A DNA stretch of 35,314 nt from Octopus bimaculoides (lineage: Eukaryota): NCBI RefSeq assembly GCF_001194135.2, contig NC_068981.1:112655146-112690459 (forward strand), written 5' to 3'. Positions 1 through 12,016 of the stretch are shown piece by piece (position 1 is the stretch's first letter; the number at the start of each line of letters is the position of its first letter). The position numbers and the translations under genes were made by a program. The notes beneath the pieces are model-generated. The model searched no databases. It saw only the letters and a list, made by a program, of their open reading frames with translations, and was not told where the DNA came from.

Positions 1-103
1 ATATATATAAAAGATAATAAGAGTGAAAAAACTACAGAAGGCTTGTGTTACTTGGTTAAAGTATATATTTAAATTATATCAGATTTTTATTAATGTCACA
101 TAT

Positions 104-107
<4 letters not shown>

Positions 108-148
<41 letters not shown>
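108..148. repeat. (TA)n microsatellite
   Basis: Uninterrupted AT dinucleotide run, followed by degenerate CA/TA-rich sequence and (TAAA)n near 293-313. Confidence 0.95.
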
Positions 149-152
<4 letters not shown>

Positions 153-460
153 AAACATACATTCATACATATATATACATACATTACATGATTACACACA
201 TTCACATACAGATACCCATACATACTTATATACATATATATACACATATGTATCTGTCAATGTGAATCATATCAAAATATACATACATACACAAATAAAT
301 AAATAAATAAATAAATGAATGGAAATCAATCCATAAGGCATCAAAACAGAATGAGAGATCAATAGCAGGTCAGCACCTATTGTGAAAGATGTGTGAATGG
401 GTAGGTGGCTGTATGTGTAGATGGAGTGGGAATGTGTGTGTCTCTCTCCCTCTATATATA

Positions 461-1569
461 TCAGGTCATCCCATAAGTTCTGTCCAATTTTAGCTTTTTT
501 AAAATTGAATAAAATTTAATAGTATTTTAGAATGTTTAATGGAATTAAAAATTATTTTTATGCATTTGTGTATATTTAAACTAATTAAATATTATTTTAT
601 AGAATAATAGAATTAAAATTTCTTTTATTAAAACCCTTTCTAGCATGGAAGTATCCAAAGAGTATTTGAAGCACAATGCTTTATGAGTACAAAAAAGGAA
701 ACTCTGCAGCCGAAGTGACTCGAAACATACACTCAGTTTATGGGAAAGAATGCTTGAATGAAAGAACTTGCAGAAGATAGTTTTCAGAATTCAGAAGTGG
801 AGATTTCAGCCTTGAAGATGAAAATTGAACAGGACGTCCAGTTGAGTTTGATGATAAGCTCCTTGAGGCATTACTTGAAGAAAATCCTGCATTATCAGTT
901 GAAGAATTGGCAATAAAGCTTAGTTCAAACCATACAACTGTTCATCGTCATCTTCAACAACTTGGAAAGGTTCCTAAACTTGGAAAATGGGTGCCTCATG
1001 AATTGTCCAAAAGGAGCCACATATCCTGAGTTAACATCTGCTCTTCTCTCCATTCTTGCGAACTCATTTCACCCTTTTTGGATAGACTTGTGACTGGTGA
1101 TGAAAAATGGATCTTCTATCAAAATGTTAAACTTCGTAAACAGTGGCTTGGTAAAAGGGAAAAAGCTCAACCACAACCGAGAAGGAAACTTCATGGAAAA
1201 AAGGTTCTTCTCTCTATCTGGTGAGATTGCAAAGGAGTAATTCATTTTGAATTGTTACCACCTAATGCAACAATCAATGCTCAAGTCTGCTGTCAGTAAT
1301 TAGAGCATTTGAAACAAGCTTTGAAGAAACAAAGACCCACTTTAGTGAATCGAAAAGGAGTGATGTTTCATCAGGACAATGTGCGACCCCACACTGCAAA
1401 GATCACATCACAGAAGATCGAAGAGCTTGGTTGGGAAAAAATTCCTCATCCACCTTATTCTCTCGACCTTGCTCCTTCAGACTACCATTTGTTTCGTAGT
1501 TTACAGAATCATTTGGGGGACATAATTTTTGCAAGACAGGAGGAGGTCGAAACTGACATTTCAGAGTTT
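461..1569 (+). mobile_element. mariner (DD34D) transposon, decayed and 3'-truncated
   Basis: TA followed by TIR-like TCAGGTCATCCCATAAGTTCTGTCC at 461. Reading from ATG 645 through stops and a frameshift gives GKWVPHEL, VTGDEKW, HQDN and PPYSLDLAPSDYHLF, with 34 residues between the second and third D. Homology stops near 1569 and no right TIR is seen. Confidence 0.93.
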
Positions 1570-2129
1570 AGTATCACCCCTTTTACTGCTGATAATCCTA
1601 TCTTTTTCATAATGTATCTCATAATGATTCTCATCACTATGTCTTTGTCTCTATCTACATACATTATGCTGATCTGTCTATCTCTCTGCCTCTCTATGTA
1701 TTTATCCCCATTATATGTGTGTGTGTATGTGTTTGGGAGTGCATATGTGAGAGCATATATACATATTCATGCACATATGGATCTATCCATAAAATCAATG
1801 TATTTATCGATATATTAATGTGCTTGCATGCGCACTTTCATATGGATGTGTGCATATATATATATTTATATATATGTATGTATGCACGTGCTTCTCTAAC
1901 TTCTCCCTTAGTCTCCTTTCTTTGTCTCTTTTCTCTTTCCCTAGCCACTCTTCTCTTTACCTCTTTCCTCCTGTAAAGTTTTTTTGTGTAGATATGCATA
2001 CACATGCATATCTGCATGGTCATACTTATACAATGTCCCCTTCCTCTCTGTTTCCATTCTCTCCTCCTCCTTTCCTCTTCCTGTCTCCTCTCTCCTCTGT
2101 CTTTCTCTAGGTTTATACAGTAGTGCTGT

Positions 2130-4185
2130 GAAAGTGGACAATCAAGGAACTGAACTGTTTCTGTGAAATTGCTGAGGGAGGTCTCCTGAAAACCATCATC
2201 ACAACGACACTAAAGAGTAATTGTTTCAAATTTCTATGCTCTCATTAGACAGCACATTGACATCCTTGATGCCATTCTGGGAACTGATTGTAGCAAGGAT
2301 GTCAAGAAGGATGGAGAAAGTGAAAAAGAACAAAAAAATTCTCCAGGTCCCACTGGTCCCTCAAAAGAGCAAATCCAAAGCCACAACTGAGAGGCCTGCA
2401 AATGAAAGAAACACTGATACTGGCCCTTCCCCTCACTACAGTAGACAATCAAAGATTTGAGAGGGCTGAAAAAGGAAGAAAACAAAGTTATAAATGTCAA
2501 AGCAAAAGCTCCCAGAAAAAGGGAGAGCAAGGGGTTAAAAGAAAAGGAAAAGCAAAATCAAAACTAAGAACTTTTGAGCAAAACTGAAGATCTCCAGCAA
2601 AAGAAACAGGAGGTACAAAAGAAAGTGAAAGCAGAAACATATGCTGACATGATGATGATAGTGCAAACTACCAAACCCTGCCAAAACTGCATGGGCCTAA
2701 AACAAAACATCTTTCCAAGAAGAGGACAAACAGAAAGGCACCAAAGAAGAAAAAATTGTACATTGTCTAGTCCCCAAAGATGATATGCAGATGTAGTATG
2801 TGCCCCAACACACAGCCAACCTCATCCAGATGTGAAAAGGGCAGCAGTTGAACAAAAATCGTTTTTGTGTATGGCACAAAAGATTGTACAGCAGCTGACC
2901 TGGCTACAAGCACAAACTTGGAACTACACCTACCACCACACAAGGTCACCACATACAACAGATACAGAATGGCCACCATGAACACCAACACAGGCATCAC
3001 ACAAATATTGCTTTTAAACATCGGAGGTCTGTTGCACCTCAACTGCAAAACAGAAATCTTTTTCCTGAGAAACCTTGCTACATGCAATCAAGCTCTATGC
3101 TTAGCATTTGTGGAAATGCATCTAAGACCTTATATAGGGGATGCAGATGTACACATACCAAAATATGTTTCAATATGAATAGACAGAAAAGAAAGGAGCC
3201 CTGGTGGAGTTGCAGTGTACATATGAGAGGACCTCATACCTCAGGCTCTGCTGTCATATTCAAATTCAGTGTGCGATACTTAAATTGTACACAACAGACA
3301 ACTTAATATTGTTACTACATATTGCCCACCAGTTGTTCCAAATCACAGAGGTAAGTTTGAAGACTGCCTTGCAAAGATAAAAGTTCTCACCAAACTAGAG
3401 CAACACATCAGCATTTTCTTTTTGGCCGATTTCAGTTTCCCCCTATGTGGGATGGTCTGAGAGCTTCATAGTCTTAGGAATGACATATTGCCAACAAGTA
3501 CTGGTAGTGTCCCTGCTCCACCTTACCAATGCTTCATTCATGGAGCAAATTGTGCTGCAACCAACCAAGTTAAATAATATACTAGATCTCTGCTTCACAA
3601 ACAATATGGATGTCATCCATAATATGAAAGTGACACTGGCACTAGTCTCAGATCACAACATAATAGATGAACCAAAAGCCCCTACAGCCTGTACAACGCA
3701 CCTGAAATCTCTCTAGTCTGAACTTCGATAAAGCTGACTGGAAGTCGATTGAAAAAGATTCTGAAACAAGGTTGGCTTAAATGTCTTTCCACATCATACA
3801 TTGACATGAAGCTCCAAACATTTCATGTCCATAATGCAAACCATATGTGACAGATCTGTCCCAGAGTATACACGCACAAACAAGATTCCTAGGGAGTGGC
3901 AAATTCTTATGAGACAACAAAGATTGCAAACCACCTGAACAAACATTTCAAAAGTAGTGAAAAGTCCTGCCTGAAAAGAATACTGTTGGAGATTGAGAAA
4001 AGTCTGCCTCAATCCCTGAAGAAGAGGGAGCAGATAAAGAAGCCTGGGTTATAGAAAATATAAAGTCAAACTCTAAAGCTTTCTTTACCATTACCAAAGA
4101 AACAGTCTCAGTACGTTACAAGATAGGGCCCCTCTTCCAAAAGGATGGCTCCTTCACAGTATATCCAATGACACCAAAAAAGATG
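2130..4185 (+). mobile_element. APE-type non-LTR retrotransposon fragment (ORF1-like region, endonuclease, linker; no RT), copy 1
   Basis: Degenerate AP-endonuclease motifs LLNIGGL, FVEMHL, DRKERSPGGVAVY, LADFSFP, PTKLNNILDLCFTN and VSDHNII, then linker NIKSNSKAFF...YKIGPLFQKDG. The upstream K/E-rich ORF1-like region contains EQKSFL...QQLTWLQ. Clade not resolved. Confidence 0.8.
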
Positions 4186-4219
4186 ATGTAATACTGGTCA
4201 TAGATAATGTATCTTTCCT

Positions 4220-4672
4220 TTAATGAGCTATGTATCTTTTTCTAAATTCATAGAAATGACCTCAAAAAACTGACACACTCTGTGTATTAAAAGGCTGGTG
4301 TTTGTCTGCAGTAGATTTGTGACTTGTATGTATGAAATTTCTCTTGGGTATGTTTCTGGTGAACACTCAGCTTCTTCGATGTCCTGTGAAGTATCATAAC
4401 AAAACCCCTAGCCATGGCAGCTTTTTTTATTTCATCCATTATTGTTGGATATCCAGAATGAGGTTCACCTATGACACTGCCTGTTTCTTTGAATTCCTTA
4501 ACTATCTTCCCGTCTGTGAGAAAGGCAATGGGGATCCTTGTGGGATGAGGTGCATTGAAAGCATCTGCTATGTGTTGATGTGACAATCCCTCATATCCAC
4601 AAACTCATATGTGGAAAAAAAAAAAGATTAATGATATTTCCTATGTATCCAAACTTTATGGTCCACCTTGTA
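4220..4672 (-). mobile_element. Tc1/mariner-superfamily 5' fragment (HTH region and one TIR)
   Basis: Minus strand begins TA-CAAGGTGGACCATAAAGTTTGGATAC at 4672. ORF 4287-4586 (IADAFNAPHP...KIVKEFKETGSV..PHSGYP...FHTYKSQ) matches the N-terminal DNA-binding region of rosa/maT-like transposases. The catalytic region is absent. Confidence 0.72.
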
Positions 4673-4758
4673 CATTCAAATGTATTGAGTCCTACTTAAT
4701 CTCTTGATTAAGATAGACATGTTATTAACATATATTCTTATCTCACTCTATTTTACAG

Positions 4759-4917
4759 GTTTTGAGTAAATGGCCAGCAGTTGTGTCAACAAAATCCTGC
4801 TATTTTATCAGAAAGTTTGATCAGCCTATTTCCCAAACTGATTCTTTATTAGAGTCATTTATTTGTAGTGATTTGAGCCATTCTCCTCTTGATTACATGT
4901 CAGTCTTCTATAATGAG
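4759..4917 (+). CDS. Internal coding exon of an axonemal dynein heavy chain (outer-arm beta type, DNAH9/11/17 family), N-terminal tail
   Basis: Acceptor TTTTACAG (4751-4758) and donor GTCAGT (4918). 159 nt, open, phase 0/0: VLSKWPAVVSTKSCYFIRKFDQPISQTDSLLESFICSDLSHSPLDYMSVFYNE, resembling the K..YF.K...GDLS.SPLD.LS....E segment that precedes VVLP in this family (recognised from memory). Paralog not resolved. Confidence 0.82.
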
Positions 4918-5257
4918 GTCAGTTATGTTTATTTATTGTTGATTCTTTTATTCAATGTTGAAATGTTTCAATTTTAGCATCCTATTTTTAAGCTAATTAT
5001 TAAAGTAGCTTAAATTATTGAATTTTAAACTAATTATTAAATCAGCTTAATTATTAAAATCCTTTCTGGGAAACTATCGAGGGGTGTTATTGGGGACCTA
5101 TATTTCACTCAATAGTAAGAAGAGTGACACATTGTCAACTAGGAACCAAATGGAAGAAAGTTTCTTAAATCATTGTTAATGAAGAAAATATCTTTCTACC
5201 TCATATACAGTCCTTTATAAATTGTACCCATGTATTCAGGTAAAACAATACAGTATT

Positions 5258-6295
5258 TACAGGTGGGACATAAGGATCTTCCACATTTTGAATGGATATA
5301 TTTTGAATGGATATATATTTTGAATGGATATAAAAAAACCTGATTATATTTCTAAAAAGTACATAAAAATGGTTTTGTTTTAATGGGTGTTAAAAATTAT
5401 GAGACAAAAGGTTCCCCAAGGCTCTTCATGTCATCTCAGGTGGAATTGCATTGATTTCTTCTTTGATCATCTCCTTCGAATCCTCAAGAGTTCAAGGACA
5501 ATGTTGGTAAACTCTTTCCTTTAGGTATTCCCAAAGGAAAATGTCACAAGGGCTTAAATATCATGACCTTGTTAGCCACCCCATGTCTCCTTAAAGAGAT
5601 CAAACGCTAAGGAAACATTTCCTTCAACACTAAGTGAACATCATGCTGTGTGAGCTGTGGCCCCATCCTGTTGAAACCACATATGTTCTGTATCCAAATT
5701 GTCCAGTTTGGAGCACAGAAAGGCTTTCAACATTTCGACCTATTAACCAGAGGTAACAGTTACTGTTGCACCATCTTCAAAAAATTACAAATTGTTTGCA
5801 CCAAAGTTGGTAAGTGTACATCAAACAGCTATGCAAGGAAAGTAAAGCAGTTGTTGGTGGAGTTAATGAGGATTATGTTCTGCCCAGTAGTGAAAATTCT
5901 GCTTATTTACTACTCCATTGATATGGAAGCAAGCCTCATTGGTACTCAGAAGAATAGCTGCAGAAGGAACTTGTACAAGAAAATTCACACATATGGCTCT
6001 GCGGTTGTTATGATCTATCTCAGTTATATCTTGAACCAACATCATTTTGTAAGGATGCAATCTCCAATCAGCATGCAGAATTCTTCTCAAACTCTGAGTT
6101 TATATCCCAAATATTTTTCTGTGCTTACAAGCAGACTGCTTTGGTGATTGCTGAATGGATGGTCTTGCTGCTGCCACATTTTCTGGAGCTGTAATGGACC
6201 CAGGTCTGCCAGGTGATTTTCTTTTCTGTATGGATCCAGTTGCCTGAAAATTAGAAATCCAAAGCACTTTGTACTAATACTTGGAGATTCATTGT
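5258..6295 (-). mobile_element. rosa/DD41D-like Tc1/mariner transposon, decayed, 5' end missing
   Basis: TA-CAGGTGGGACATAAGGATC terminus at 5258. The minus strand gives SPGRP, LHPYK, NEACFHINGVVNKQNFHYWAEHNP, WFQQDGATAHTA and SPCDIFLWEYLK. After repairing two frameshifts, 41 residues separate the second and third D. Confidence 0.85.
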
Positions 6296-6300
6296 ACCAT

Positions 6301-6922
6301 TTTATTATTTTTTTTACTTGCTGGGTTTGAGGAAGGTGTGCCCATGACCTCCAAAGGCCATGGACAAACCATGGGAAGATTGTTGCTATTTATATTCCAC
6401 TAAAAACTTTCTAAGTCAACTCCTGTTGTAAAATACATGAAATAGGAAGGAATTCCTGGAGGACAATGTTTTAGGAAGGAAGGACTGGATGTAATAATTT
6501 GTGCATATCCTATGAATCTGGACACAATAAGAATTATGGGAAAAGGAGAGAAGAGTGATATGGAAGTGCTTTAGTGGATGTGGAAATGAGCCCAACCAGA
6601 TCTGAGGAGCAAAGGCCATTACAGTACCTGTAAAAAAGCAGAGAAAGGAGACAGCATACATAAGGGCCAAAGTTTGGAGCATGTCTATTAGTGACTTTAT
6701 GCCAATAAGTCATGTGGCCCTTTTCTAGAGGTTGTCTCGCATGTCTGTGTAATCAGTTGGAATACTATTCCATATGTAAGAGCAATACTCCATTGTCAGC
6801 TTCATCTGAGTCTTGTAGAGTATCAATAATTGTTGTGGATGAAATATTTTCTAGCACTGAAGAGAGAGGCCAGACATTGGGAGGCAATCCTAGCTACGTT
6901 AAGGATGTACTTTCACCAGGAT
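6301..6922 (-). mobile_element. CR1/L2-group LINE, 3' fragment of ORF2 with 3' UTR and A-rich tail
   Basis: Minus strand reads LSW*KYILNVARIASQCLASLFSARKYF / PQQLLILYKTQMKLTMEYCSYIW / FYRYCNGLCSSDL / YYIQSFLPKT, the typical post-RT C-terminus. It ends in AAAAAAATAATAAA at 6301-6316. Confidence 0.75.
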
Positions 6923-7215
6923 AGATACTCTGGAGCGATTTTGTTGGGGCTATATGAATTGGAGAAGAGTATTCCAAAGTTGGGATGGGGTACACTATAT
7001 AGCAATGATGCTCACCTCTGGATGTTCCCAGTCTGAAGTGGAAAGGCTGAGAAAACATCTCCATGCTTTCTTTGAGAACATTAATCTTTCTATCTCCTTC
7101 AAAAAGTGAAATAAAATAGTTTACTTTGTAGATGTTGTATTAAACCTAGAAACTAAGCTGTATAATACCCACCATACACCCAATGAGAACTTTCAATGAT
7201 TACTGAATCAACCTA
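6920..7215 (+). mobile_element. Penelope-like element reverse transcriptase fragment
   Basis: LLGLYELEK...TLYSNDA (degenerate GLYRDDG), then EVERLRKHLHAFFENINLSISFKK*NKIVYFVDVVLNLETKLYNTHHTPNE, matching the PLE RT C-terminal pattern K.VNFLDV.L.L....Y.PY.KPN. Confidence 0.6.
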
Positions 7216-7329
7216 GATATACTGACAGCCTAGTTAGAAATATATCAACTTGAATGAAAAATGCAGGTGCAGATTCCTGGAATATTTTCTCTGGCAATTT
7301 CTTTCAACTTCTAAAATGGATGTGTTTCA

Positions 7330-8870
7330 TGCTTTCAAGCAGTGATTCTAAATTTGAGGGCTTTTCAATGGAAGAAATGGTGGGAAAATGTATGAGTGAA
7401 CTCCAAAAGCATGTGGTATATGAGAATGAATCAGATATTTCTGTATCCAAAACTGAAAGTAGCGATTCTGAAGAGAACACCAATAGTGACAGTGAGGACA
7501 AATTTATACTATTTTTCTGAAGTGACTGGACCTACTTCTCAGGAATCAAAACCATTAGACGTTTTTTTATTTTTTCCAGTAAGCTTGTTCAAAGCAATCA
7601 CTGTGAAAACAAACTGTTATGCAGAATATAAACAAACTGGAAAAAAAGATAGCTTGTGGTTTCTCATAAGCATAGAAGAAATATTTAGCCATAAATATTA
7701 TTATGGTGTAAGACAATTACCCAGAATTACAAATTACTGGAGTAATCAGGAACCTTTTGGAGGCCAGTACATTTCCAGTATTTTAATAAGGACATGTTTT
7801 GTGAAATTGAACCAATATTTTACTGTGAGAGACACAAGCAGTACCCCAGTACATGAAGAAGCAAACTTTAATCCTTTATTTAAAATAAGACCTCCTGTTG
7901 ACGTTGTTCAAAATGCATATAAAACCCTCTACAACCCTGATAGATACCTATCCGTTGATGAGGGCATGGTGGGGTATAAAGGAAGGGTTTGTTTCCAACA
8001 ACATATGCCAGAAACGTTCTGGGGATCAAAGTTCGGAAAACCTGCAAAGTGGATACTGCTGTGGCTTTAGTTTTTATACTGGGAAAAGGGACAATAATGT
8101 TAGACAGCATGTCCTAGGGTACAATGTGGTCTGAAATTTATCATTTCTATACCATATCCAGGACAGTATAATACTTTTTACTTTCGTCATACTTGCGGTG
8201 GATTTAGAAGCTGTGACAATGTATACATGTGCTACAGTAATTGCTAGTAGAAAAGGGCTGTCGTTATAAAGTAAACGAAATTAAAAAAGAGAGGTGAAAT
8301 AATCCGTTGGCAGAAAGGAAATCTGCTATTGACCACATACAGAGTTAAGAGGCAGATAAATTTTCTGTCTATCTGTGTATAATGATGTGTAGATGAAAAT
8401 GGCACCATGTTTGTGAACCTCGATTATAACAGGTACATGGGCAATGTAGATTGGCTGAACCAAATTATAAGTTATTATCCAGTTGGTAGATTGGATAATA
8501 AATGGTTTGGTATATAGTAAACACGATCATTGTAAATGTGTTTATATTATATACCAAATCAGGAGGGGCTTGAAAGTGGTGCGACCATCTGCAGTTCTGA
8601 GCAGCGGTAGCGACTCAACTGAGGGCAGGTTATTCCTCCAGAAAAATAACTGCAGGATGGAAAACCAAAATCTGCCAGGGAGATATCCTTCTCAGTTCAG
8701 CCAATCTCCATAAATAATAAAAAATTGAAAATTGTGAAAGGCAGTGCCATGAATGTCTACATCAACAAAGAAAAACTCCCAGTGGATGGCCAGTTGAAAC
8801 TTCTTTTCAGTGTACATTCTGCAAGGTTGCAGTATGTAGAGTGAGATGTTTTACAAGTTTCCATGACAGA
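7330..8870 (+). mobile_element. piggyBac-family transposase, decayed
   Basis: Acidic N-terminus, then YWS, PLFKIRP, LSVDEGMVGYKGR, YNRYMGNVD, QLRAGYSSRK and a C-terminal Cys-rich domain (CHEC...FQCTFCKVAVCRVRCFTSFH). Multiple stops and frameshifts. TTAA-flanked termini could not be identified. Confidence 0.9.
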
Positions 8871-9754
8871 AATATTGTGTGAATATTGTATATATGTATG
8901 ATTAGATTTTATAAATATTTTCCAAATTTACTTTGTTTTTACTTTTAATTTGCTTGTAATTTTAATTCATCTATAATTTTAATTTGCCTATAATATGAGT
9001 GAAAAGTTTTGATTTAATTTCTATTGTAAATCTTTATCATATATCTTCTGTGTATTCATTTAGTTGATGTATTTAATTTTCTAGTTTTCTTCAAAAACAA
9101 ATTCCAGCATTTCATTTCATGTTACCTTCATCGTACACCTGTTTTTATGTGCATTAAATTCAACTGATAATCTAGTGGTGTGCTCAATTCTTCTATATTG
9201 AAATTTTGTTGCATACCCAATTGATGACTTATTTTCTATGGTGATGTTTAAAAAAATTTAAATATTTTAATATTTTGCTGAATTTATATATCCAAAGAAG
9301 CACTCAACCCGAATTCTGGGCTATTAATGCTGTTGGGTTCCAGGCCGATGCTTGAATTCCTCAGGTGTAGAAATTTCTTGTTTCACTACATTCACATTGC
9401 AGTTGGTTTAGCGAAGTAGAAATAATTTAAACAAGAAGAAGACTAAGAAAATTCTTTAACATGTCTTTAGTGATTCATTAGAATTGTTTCTGCAGCAACT
9501 CTGCTTGCAATGCCAGTTTATGCAAAAATTCAAAGTGAAAATTTATATAATGTTTGTGGTTTTAGACATTAGAGAGGCATTTCATCAGATTTGCATCAAA
9601 AATGTGCTTTCACATTGTGTGATTTCCAGACATTGTTTATGGCTTATTTTGGGAAGAAACAAAAAATAATTAAAAGTGTGGTTATGGGATGAGTAAGTAG
9701 GGTAGAGATTATGTAGTGGGGTGAGGAAAATCAAGAGGAAAAATACAAGCCATT

Positions 9755-11690
9755 TTCTTTGAACAGTCGCTTTATTTTGTACTGTACTGAAGCAAACTCT
9801 TTTGCATATCTATAGAATGGTTTAGGGTTTGTTTTAATATGTTTGACAGTGCTGGTTTCTTTTTCTGCGCTCTCGTATTCATGGAGCAATATTTGTTTGA
9901 GAGAAGATCATTTGCTATCCTTCAGTGGTCCATTTAGAAGACTTGAGATTTTTGCTTGTTGTCTAATTTGAATCTTCTTATCCCTGGGAATTATACTTTT
10001 CTGTTGGTTTGGCATTCTTTCTGGAGCAAACTTACTGCACATGTTGTGTGCATGATTGTCATGAATTGCTGCAGCTTTTTGTCATGAATTGCTGCAGCTT
10101 TTTGTCAATATCTTGTGTAGAGAGACTGGTAGACCAGTTTTGTTCCATGACCTCTTTCTCAATACTTTCCAATGAGCTTTGTGGAAGTTCAGGCTGGAGA
10201 GGGGTTAGGTACTTGAAGAAGTCTGTAGTTTTCTGCAGACCATGCATTGTTAGTTTTATTAAGTAATGGTTTGAGAAAATCATCAGTGACACCATAATAT
10301 TATGGATGAGCACTATATGTGAAGCAGAATCCAAGACATTTCTTTTCTTGTTGGGTGGAGCATAAAGAAGATATGTGTGAGGTCAAGTAGAGATTCTTCA
10401 TGCCTTAGGCCATGCAGTGACATAGCTGAGAGAAGACCATTTGACATTTAGGAGTTTGGTGCAGGCTTTCATCCAGGTTGGTTAACACTTCTTTCACTTT
10501 TTGAAGGCTCTCTTGAAATGTCCCCCCATAATTTGGATCATCTGGTTGGTGATATGTAGTACATATTACTATTTTCATCTGTTTAGTGTGTACTACCAAT
10601 GTGTCACAGACTGAGTTTGAGTGTGACAGCAGAACCACAGGCATGACATCTTTCTGGATATACATTGCAACTCCACCATGAGTCCTTTCTCTCCTGTCAT
10701 ATAGAGTTTAGGTAGTGGCTTCTGGTTTGACATCTAAGAGGGTCAGAATGGCCACCCTGGTTCATTTGTTGTTTGAGGTGGTCTCGAGTGCTAGTAATTG
10801 TTTCTCAGACTCAATATCTGTTGAAGCCAGGTCAGCTGTCTTATACATCTGAGTCACACTTCCAAAAAAGACTTTTGTTCAGCAGCTGCTGTCCATACTG
10901 CATCCACTGTGTGTTTCCTTTCAGGAGCAGTGCATGCACCATCCACACATTTTCATGGTAGTGGCATTGTATCTTGTGACCTAGATCTTTGTCATTAGGA
11001 GCAGTTCTTCCTGGTCTTGGGGTGGATGAAATAAGTACCGCTCAGATGAAGTTTGAGATGCACAAATCTACAGCCTGTTCCAATGTCTCTGTGCCAGTAG
11101 GTACCCTTTGCATAGAACTTGCAGACTGGTTGGGTTTTCTTTTTACCATAACCTTTGTCTTCGCAAATTCTATTTTGTTTTACATTTGTTTCTGTTCCCA
11201 CCTTGGGCTCACATCCATTTTCAGTTTGCCTACTTGCTTGTGCCTTCGTATTTGGCTTCTTTTATTTCTCCTGGTGGACCTTTGTTTTCTTCTTGGACTC
11301 ACATTTTTTTCAGGGTGATGATATCTGCTTTGTTCTGTTCCTCCCTCACAGCATCACCCTGACCCTTTTCAGATTCCATTGTGTCACTTGTTTGTTTTAC
11401 ATCCTTTTGTGTTTTTGCTTCTTCAAATATTTTCTCTAGTAACTCCATGTGCAGTTGAATTAAAACATATGAGCAAATGAACTCATTCTTTTTCTTTCAA
11501 TTGGAGCCACAGTTTGATGAAAGCCAGGGCTTTTCAGGGCCTCTGCAATTAGAGTGTTTGGTGGCAATCCTTCTGTAAAGTTCTATATGAGGAGCATTGT
11601 CTTAATATTTCGAACCTGCTAGTTTCTCTGAATTGGAATCTTATGCTGTCCATGCATTTGGCTTTGCCAAGGTCCATGTTGCTGAGACAG
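9755..11690 (-). mobile_element. APE-type non-LTR retrotransposon fragment (ORF1-like region, endonuclease, linker; no RT), copy 2, related to 2130-4185
   Basis: DRRERTHGGVAMYIQKDVMP..LSHSNSVCDTL aligns with copy 1 GGVAVYI*EDLIP..LSYSNSVCDT. HIKTNPKPFYRYAKEFASVQYKIKRLFKENG aligns with NIKSNSKAFF...YKIGPLFQKDG. Shared AAxEQKSF and CAGCTGACCTGGCT. The endonuclease N-terminus appears deleted. Confidence 0.8.
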
Positions 11691-11699
11691 GGAGGAAAA

Positions 11700-11946
11700 A
11701 CGTCAGGAAGAAGCAGAGACAGATACGGAGAGAGAGGTAGTGAAGATAAGCAGAGAGAGGATAGAGAAATATGACTGGCTGTGCAGAGACAGAGGGAAGG
11801 AGGAGGATAAGAGAGAGGTAGTCAAGAAAAGCAGAGAAAGAGAGAGAGAAAGACTGTGAGTGTAAGAGAGGTTAAGAGAGAAAGAGACTGGAAGAGAAAT
11901 GCAAACGTAGTGAAGAAAGAAGAAAGAGAGTATGTGTGTGTGTGTG

Positions 11947-11988
<42 letters not shown>

Positions 11989-12012
11989 AACATATATATA
12001 TATATATATATA
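11700..12012. repeat. GA-rich low-complexity tract followed by (GT)n and (TA)n
   Basis: Direct inspection. Confidence 0.9.
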
Positions 12013-12016
12013 CACT

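Noticed and set aside
645-1818. SETMAR-like domesticated fusion, or a 169-aa gene from ORF 1309-1818
   Set aside because: No SET domain and several stops in the transposase. The ORF tail after about 1569 is read-through into low-complexity sequence.
1719-2141. Short hydrophobic or YI/CV-rich ORFs here and at 11856-12041, 23368-23851 and 28931-29249
   Set aside because: Translations of TA, TG and CT repeats with no splice or homology support.
4672-5258. Capture of the dynein exon between two Tc1/mariner TIRs
   Set aside because: The two termini face away from each other and differ in sequence, so the exon lies outside both elements.
9300-9360. piggyBac right terminus
   Set aside because: No convincing GGG-TTAA end or matching left terminus could be found.
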